From positions 1 to 64,000 of the IMG/VR virus record IMGVR_UViG_3300036939_000014: a stretch of 64,000 nt of DNA. The stretch is one strand, 5' to 3'. Shown piece by piece: positions 58,558-64,000 of this stretch. The translations under genes were made by a program, and so were the position numbers. Each line of letters starts with the position of its first letter. The first letter of the stretch is position 1. The notes under the pieces were generated by a model. The model saw only the letters and a list, made by a program, of their open reading frames with translations. It was not told the origin of the DNA and ran no database searches. The DNA is from a virus.

Positions 58558-61500
58558 ATGACTCAATCTAACACGCCCGGTTCCCATCAGTCAAGCCCCA
58601 GCCAAGTAATGCTTGACCTAGCCGCTCATAAGGCAGCAGCAGAAGCCAGATTTACCACAATTCAACAGTCTCCACAAGAACAGCCACAGATAGACCCATT
58701 ACAGGCAGCTAGAGCTACATCGCCTCTATTGCAGTATTTAGAAGCCACCAAAGACCAAGCGTCTACGTTACAGGATGCTGATATTCAGCCAATCCCTCAG
58801 CCTATTACAAAGATTGCCTTAAGTGTCCACAACCGTGATGAGTGGAATGCCAATTTAAAGCAGGCAATTGACCAAATCAAGGCTCTGGGTTATGAAGTTG
58901 GCGACACAGTACCTATTCGCCTCATTCTTGCTAAGAATGTTTCTGAGAAGGTCAAGATAGAGAAAAAGTTAGGCAGAGCAAAGAGTTATGACCTAGAACT
59001 GAAAGCCGATGGACGCCATAAACTCACTTTTTACAAGTGGCATGAGACGGGTGCTAAAAAAGCAGATGGCTCGCCTGTACTGACTTACATAAAAGACCCC
59101 ACTCGATTTACCTATGATTGGTGGGCTGAGTTAATTAACCAGAATGCTAGGGGTTATGGAGTGTACTTACTGCCAAATAAAGGTGGGCACTTTGATAAAG
59201 ATACAACCCACTGGCAAAATGCATTCTATGAGGTGGATGACAGGTCACTCAGCCAACAGCAAGCGCTGGTAAATGACTTTACTGCTAAGACAGGGGTGAA
59301 ACCTTCTGTAGTGGTAAGAACTCGCAAGAGTCTCCACGTCTATTTCAGATTGGCAAAGTCTGAATGGCAGTTGAGCAACTGGGCAGATGAGGTACAGAAA
59401 CCTACTATTCTGGCTTTTCAATCTGACCCATCAATCATAAATAATGCCAGATTGATGAGGCTTGCAGGCTTCTATCATGTCAAATTTGAACAGCACCTAA
59501 ATGAGTTCAATTTCCTTAAGTGTGAGTTGCAAGTTTGCAAACCAGAGAGAGAATACACTAGAAAAGAATACCGTCAAGCGCTTGCAAAGTATTCCGGCGG
59601 CGAATATTCAGAGGACAAGTTAAGCCTTCTGAAGGAAATTACAACAGCAGCAACTTCTGATTATTTCCAGCTTGACTCAGACTATCAGTTGGCACCTAAG
59701 CCCCATCAGATTGTAAGGTGTCCCGATGAATTAGTTTCAGAGCTTAAACGTCGTACAAATGCCTATTTGGCAATGCTGCGAAAGGAACTGAATGCCGAGT
59801 ATGTTGACCCGATAGAAGCATGGACTAAGCCTCTAGAAGAGTTAGCTATTCACAAGAATTACAATCTCACTTTTGATGACGGTGAAGAGTCAGACGTTTT
59901 ACGCTGGGCACAATACCTCTATTGCTACAATCCTGAAGGGCGTCCGGGCTGGGTAACGGGTCAAGACCCCACAATACCTGAAGATGAGCGTGACAGTCAC
60001 TCACCCGACTCATTACACATCAACAAAGAGACGGGTCAGTTTAAGTCTCACCGCAATACTTGCACAAAAGAACTGTATCGTTCCTTAAGGGAGTTAGCGT
60101 TCAGGTCTAATCCTGAAGAAAAGACACGTTATGCTGCCAAGATGCAGCGAGCAAAGCGCAAGGAAGAGGGGCAAATTACAGCTGAGGAGTATAAAGCCAA
60201 AGGACTTAAGCCAGAGCTAACAGAAGCTGAGAAGCTTGACAATGTTATAAGCCTTGCTCAGGCGCAAGCTGCAAAAGATGCCGTCATTGAAAAAGAATTT
60301 GCAGAGTACTATGCTCGCACGGTAATCAACAAGACTAAGGTGAAGACCTATTATGATTGCAATGAGCGTTACCTGAGCGATAAGACTGTCTCACACATTC
60401 CTACCATTGAGCAGTGCAAACAGCAAGGTAAGATTCTAGCCTTAAAAGCTCCAAAGGGCACAGGTAAGAGCTATCGAATCAGAGACCTCATAAAAGATGT
60501 TCAGAAGGATTGCTGGCTTACTGTAAGTGTGACACTAAGACGAAACTTAGGCTTGGCACAATCTAATGATTGGGGTATCAAGTGGGTTGATGAAGACGGC
60601 ATGGAGTCATTTTTCCAAGGACAGTCAAACACTATGAGCTGTTGTTGGGATAGTCTTCACAAGTTCCACAAAGCAAATTACCGTGACAAGCAAATCCTAC
60701 TCATCATTGATGAAGTTGAGAGCGGACTAGACCATCTCTGCACAGCTAAGACTATTCAACGCCGTGGAAACCGAGCTGATATTCACGCTGAACTCAGAAG
60801 GATTGTAGACCACATCAGAGCGCACGGTGGCATGATTATTGCTGCTGATGCCGACCTGAGTGAGTCGTCTGTAGATTTCTTCAGAACTATCGGCAAAGAA
60901 CTGCCTGTCACAGTAATTGACAACCATTACGTTGAACAGAAAAAAACTATCCCTGTTTACCACACGAAAGATGGTGAGGTGAAAAACGCAATAAAAGCAG
61001 GCATTGAAATGAATATGCCTTTCCTTGTTGCAACAGATAGCTTACAGACAGCCAAGGTCATGCACAAGTACGCCGACAAAGAATTAAGAGCAATGGGTGC
61101 TGACGATTTAGCTGACAAGCTCTGGCTTATTGATAGCGAGACGAGTCACACAGAGGCTAACAAGGCTCGCCTCAAGGATATTAACAAGGCAATCAGAGAA
61201 GAACAGCCTATCGCTATTTTCTACACTCCCACAATTAACGTAGGTGTCTCAATAAACGTTGAGCATTTTACTGAAGGCTACGGAGTGTTTAAGGGTGCTA
61301 TCATTCCAGACCAAGCTCGCCAGATGGTAGCTCGCAACCGTCAGACAATACCTTGGACTATCTTTGCAGATAACCTTGTAGAACCCGATAAGAAGGGCAA
61401 GGACACTCTTATTACGCCTAAGCCTATCAAAGACAGGCTAATCAAAAAAGTAGAGGCGCAATCGTTTATCACTGCCAAGGTAGCCAATAAACTACTTGAA

Positions 61501-62565
61501 GAAGGGAAAGACCCTGAAGACAATATGAATGTTGCAAGGGCAACCTTAGAGCTGATGGAGAAGCTTCAAAACGATAAGCCAAGCTTTGATACGGCTGAAT
61601 TTCACCTCTTGGCAAACATCGAAGCCAGGAAGAATTTTCAATTGAAGCATTATCATAAGTGTTTTGTGGATGGGATGAAGGCTGAAGGCTGGAATGTAGT
61701 AAGCAAGAAGGGCAACAAAACAGCGTTGTGTGACGAAATTAAAGAACTCAAGCAACAAATGATGAAAGAAGAGGCTAAGGCTATTGCTGAGGCTGATGCT
61801 AGCCAGATACTTGATTATGAGCAAGCTAGACAGATTCTGTCGAACGTTGACGACAAAGAACAGCGGAACGCGGCACACAAGTTCTGTGTGGCTCACTGGA
61901 CAAAACTAGAGTTAGACAAAGTGGACGCTGCACTTGTTGAGCTTGTTAAGTTCAATCCTCGGTGGTTATCTGCGGTAAAACTCCAGTTGTACCTGCAAAA
62001 CCCAGAAATCATTGAGACTATCGATGCTTACCGTACTAATAAAATGGCAAAGCAATATGAAAAACATGGCTTTGTTACCCTTCAAGACGTACCTGGCAAG
62101 GTGGAAGAGGTCAGACAGATTCTAAACTTCGGTTTACTTAAGGTGATTGACCTGAATGATGATGAGCAGAAATTTGAGAAGAAAGATTTTGAGCCACTGC
62201 TCAAGCGACTAAAGCAATGTACTACAAGTTATCTGATTGGATGGGGAGAGAGTTGTGGAATTTCCATTCAGAGTCGAGCATTCTTGCATGACCCAATTAA
62301 ACTGCTAATTAAGCCGATGTTGGCAAAAATGGGTTACAGCATCACAAAAGCCACTAAGAATCAAAAACAGTCCTACAAGATTCCAGCAGAGGAAATCAAC
62401 TGTATCCACAGAGCCAATGTACTAGAGGCTATTCTAAAGGATTGGCGCGAAAGCCAAACGCAGCATGGCTTTCAGGTACCGACAGGAGAAGGTATAAAAC
62501 TAGAAAAGACAGAGGCAGCTGTAGGCAAAGAGCAAGTATTAGACACACAGGTTACAGCCTGTTAG
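58558..62565 (+). CDS. AEP primase-polymerase fused to P-loop helicase (replication protein)
   Basis: ATG 58558 after hairpin 58494-58530; FYEVDD (DxD), SLHVYF (sxH), then ALKAPKGTGKS (Walker A) and LLIIDEVE (Walker B); architecture resembles cyanobacterial plasmid Rep proteins. Confidence 0.6.
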   Translation: MTQSNTPGSHQSSPSQVMLDLAAHKAAAEARFTTIQQSPQEQPQIDPLQAARATSPLLQYLEATKDQASTLQDADIQPIPQPITKIALSVHNRDEWNANLKQAIDQIKALGYEVGDTVPIRLILAKNVSEKVKIEKKLGRAKSYDLELKADGRHKLTFYKWHETGAKKADGSPVLTYIKDPTRFTYDWWAELINQNARGYGVYLLPNKGGHFDKDTTHWQNAFYEVDDRSLSQQQALVNDFTAKTGVKPSVVVRTRKSLHVYFRLAKSEWQLSNWADEVQKPTILAFQSDPSIINNARLMRLAGFYHVKFEQHLNEFNFLKCELQVCKPEREYTRKEYRQALAKYSGGEYSEDKLSLLKEITTAATSDYFQLDSDYQLAPKPHQIVRCPDELVSELKRRTNAYLAMLRKELNAEYVDPIEAWTKPLEELAIHKNYNLTFDDGEESDVLRWAQYLYCYNPEGRPGWVTGQDPTIPEDERDSHSPDSLHINKETGQFKSHRNTCTKELYRSLRELAFRSNPEEKTRYAAKMQRAKRKEEGQITAEEYKAKGLKPELTEAEKLDNVISLAQAQAAKDAVIEKEFAEYYARTVINKTKVKTYYDCNERYLSDKTVSHIPTIEQCKQQGKILALKAPKGTGKSYRIRDLIKDVQKDCWLTVSVTLRRNLGLAQSNDWGIKWVDEDGMESFFQGQSNTMSCCWDSLHKFHKANYRDKQILLIIDEVESGLDHLCTAKTIQRRGNRADIHAELRRIVDHIRAHGGMIIAADADLSESSVDFFRTIGKELPVTVIDNHYVEQKKTIPVYHTKDGEVKNAIKAGIEMNMPFLVATDSLQTAKVMHKYADKELRAMGADDLADKLWLIDSETSHTEANKARLKDINKAIREEQPIAIFYTPTINVGVSINVEHFTEGYGVFKGAIIPDQARQMVARNRQTIPWTIFADNLVEPDKKGKDTLITPKPIKDRLIKKVEAQSFITAKVANKLLEEGKDPEDNMNVARATLELMEKLQNDKPSFDTAEFHLLANIEARKNFQLKHYHKCFVDGMKAEGWNVVSKKGNKTALCDEIKELKQQMMKEEAKAIAEADASQILDYEQARQILSNVDDKEQRNAAHKFCVAHWTKLELDKVDAALVELVKFNPRWLSAVKLQLYLQNPEIIETIDAYRTNKMAKQYEKHGFVTLQDVPGKVEEVRQILNFGLLKVIDLNDDEQKFEKKDFEPLLKRLKQCTTSYLIGWGESCGISIQSRAFLHDPIKLLIKPMLAKMGYSITKATKNQKQSYKIPAEEINCIHRANVLEAILKDWRESQTQHGFQVPTGEGIKLEKTEAAVGKEQVLDTQVTAC

Positions 62566-62572
62566 AGGTTTG

Positions 62573-62631
62573 TTGACACACCTAAGTTAACAGGGTTATG
62601 ATGGGTGCATCGATTTACTTAAACGTCAATG
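62573..62631. promoter_or_regulatory. promoter plus inverted box overlapping dam start
   Basis: TTGACA-17-TTATGA; inverted box CATTGACGTTTAAGTAAA on the minus strand at 62614-62631. Confidence 0.45.
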
Positions 62632-63483
62632 TTGCATTTTGAAAGCTTAATGCCTTCTTTTGAGAATGTACATCCTAAGTCCTTTGTAAAATGGGCGGGT
62701 GGCAAAACTCAGCTTTTACCAGAGTTGTTAAAGCACATACCAGAGTACAGCACTTATTTTGAGCCGTTTTGCGGCAGTGGTGCATTGTTGTTTGCTTTAA
62801 AGCCAACTCTATCTTTTATCTCAGATATCAATGACGAGTTGATGAATTGCTATGAAGTCATTGCAGAGCAGCCTCTTCAGTTGCTGATAGAAATTGAAAA
62901 AATGCCAATTGGTGAGGATTTTTTCTATAAGCTGAGAGCAGCAGACAGAAGTCCAGATTTTAAAAGCACTAGAAGGGCTTGGAGGGCAGCAAGGTTTATT
63001 TACCTAAATAAGACTTGTTATAACGGATTGTACAGAGTTAACAAACAAGGTCAAAATAACGTACCTTGGGGTAAATATGCAAATCCAACTCTGATAGACA
63101 AAAATGTTTTGAGAGACACAGCGTTTTATTTGAAACACGCTGGTATTTATATCTCTTCCTTGCATTGGTCTGAAATGTTCAAAGTTCCTAGTAAGGGTGA
63201 TTTTGTTTATTTAGACCCTCCTTATGACGTGGTCAGTGATACAGCAAATTTTACCAGCTACTCCAAAGAAAAATTTGGCAAACAAGAATACGTTGAGTTA
63301 AAAACTGGTGTAGATGACTTGACATCTAGAGGAATAAAAGTTCTTCAAAGTAATGCCGATACGCCTTTTATCCGCAACCTGTACAAGGATTATGAGATTG
63401 TAGAGGTACAAGCGAAACGAAACATCAACAGCAAAGGCAATAAACGAGGCAACGTTACAGAACTACTAATTAAGAATTATTAA
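62629..63483 (+). CDS. dam: Dam-type N6-adenine DNA methyltransferase
   Basis: FVKWAGGK, FEPFCGSGAL (motif I), VYLDPPY (motif IV). Confidence 0.9.
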   Translation: MLHFESLMPSFENVHPKSFVKWAGGKTQLLPELLKHIPEYSTYFEPFCGSGALLFALKPTLSFISDINDELMNCYEVIAEQPLQLLIEIEKMPIGEDFFYKLRAADRSPDFKSTRRAWRAARFIYLNKTCYNGLYRVNKQGQNNVPWGKYANPTLIDKNVLRDTAFYLKHAGIYISSLHWSEMFKVPSKGDFVYLDPPYDVVSDTANFTSYSKEKFGKQEYVELKTGVDDLTSRGIKVLQSNADTPFIRNLYKDYEIVEVQAKRNINSKGNKRGNVTELLIKNY

Positions 63484-63485
63484 TC

Positions 63486-64000
63486 ATGGACAAATACTTT
63501 AGAGTTGAACTCTTGCGAGCAACCCCCAATCCCCAGCAATTGTGCTGGCTTGCAATGCATCAAGATTACTCTCCTCATGCTGTGGTTGATAGGCTGGATA
63601 AGTGTCCCAATGAACAACAGTCTGGTGAATACATTGTTAAGCATTGCATGAAGCCGTCCCACTTTGGAATTCTCGAACATCCTCAAATAACGATAAATGG
63701 AGTAGGTTTTCCACACCATACTGTTATGCAGATCAGAACACATCGCATTGGCGTATCCTTTGATGTTCAAAGTTTTAGGTACTGTGGGGATAATATTTTA
63801 GATGTTGCGAAAGGTAGAAAGACCATAGATGAGGTTTTTTGGTTACGTAAACCAGGAAGGTATACCGATCGTCACGGCGCAAAATATGAAATGACTGAGC
63901 AGCTATATCAACATAAGCTTAGAAGTGTTCAGCTTATGTGTGATGAATATAGTGCTGATATAGCTGATGGTTTTTCAGAGGAACACGCAAGAGAGCTGGT
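63486..64000 (+). CDS. thyX: flavin-dependent thymidylate synthase ThyX (3' end outside window)
   Basis: My own translation from ATG 63486: ...QIRTHRIGVSFDVQSFRY carries the ThyX RHR..S..(Q)S.RY signature; not in the ORF track because it runs off the window. Confidence 0.85.
   Translation, partial: MDKYFRVELLRATPNPQQLCWLAMHQDYSPHAVVDRLDKCPNEQQSGEYIVKHCMKPSHFGILEHPQITINGVGFPHHTVMQIRTHRIGVSFDVQSFRYCGDNILDVAKGRKTIDEVFWLRKPGRYTDRHGAKYEMTEQLYQHKLRSVQLMCDEYSADIADGFSEEHAREL

Noticed and set aside
63480-63770. Track ORF (96 aa, minus strand)
   Set aside because: It is antisense to a plus-strand reading frame with a clear ThyX signature (RTHR...SFDVQSFRY).
1-64000. CRISPR array, rRNA or tRNA genes, integrase or att sites
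   Set aside because: No regularly spaced direct repeats with unique spacers, no rRNA- or tRNA-like sequence, and no tyrosine or serine recombinase motifs were seen. Only one solitary repeat-like 37-mer was found (47700-47736).

Overview
This 64-kb segment reads as a tailed cyanophage, or a phage-plasmid-like element, from a cyanobacterium whose genome carries HIP1 (8 perfect GCGATCGC sites in the window). About 95 mostly small ORFs lie on both strands as single-gene or short cassettes. Nearly every cassette has its own copy of one conserved promoter box (TTGACR-TTTAGY-TAAnnT) and a GC-hairpin terminator.

Recognisable modules:
- A portal-like gene and a Mu-F-like head gene (3.6-8.5 kb).
- Lambda L/K/J-like tail-tip genes on the minus strand (11.9-19.6 kb), interrupted by plus-strand cassettes that include a split ParB.
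- A DndC/PAPS-reductase-like gene.
- A 1062-aa putative depolymerase/tail protein.
- An 886-aa fibre with about 13 tandem ~40-aa repeats.
- An iteron-rich region followed by small membrane proteins and an FtsK/TraB-like ATPase.
- HNH, T5orf172 and PD-(D/E)XK nuclease-like genes.
- An RHH/HTH paralog operon behind a face-to-face promoter pair.
- A RuvC-like resolvase, an SF2 helicase and a RecD/Dda-like helicase, an SSB-like protein and an AEP primase-helicase.
- Dam, ThyX (partial at the window end) and a CHASE3 histidine kinase.

I recognised no rRNA, tRNA, CRISPR array, terminase, major capsid protein or integrase.

The most unusual signal is about 21 dispersed intergenic copies of a 100-230-nt structured element, about 5 percent of the window. 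Several copies sit behind a box-type promoter or -10-like hexamer. Each has a variable 5' hairpin domain, a conserved single-stranded block, a small hairpin with compensatory variants, and a terminal hairpin, which most copies follow with a U-run. I interpret it as a candidate undescribed phage ncRNA or cassette-boundary family.

All functional calls come from motif reading by eye. No database search was possible.
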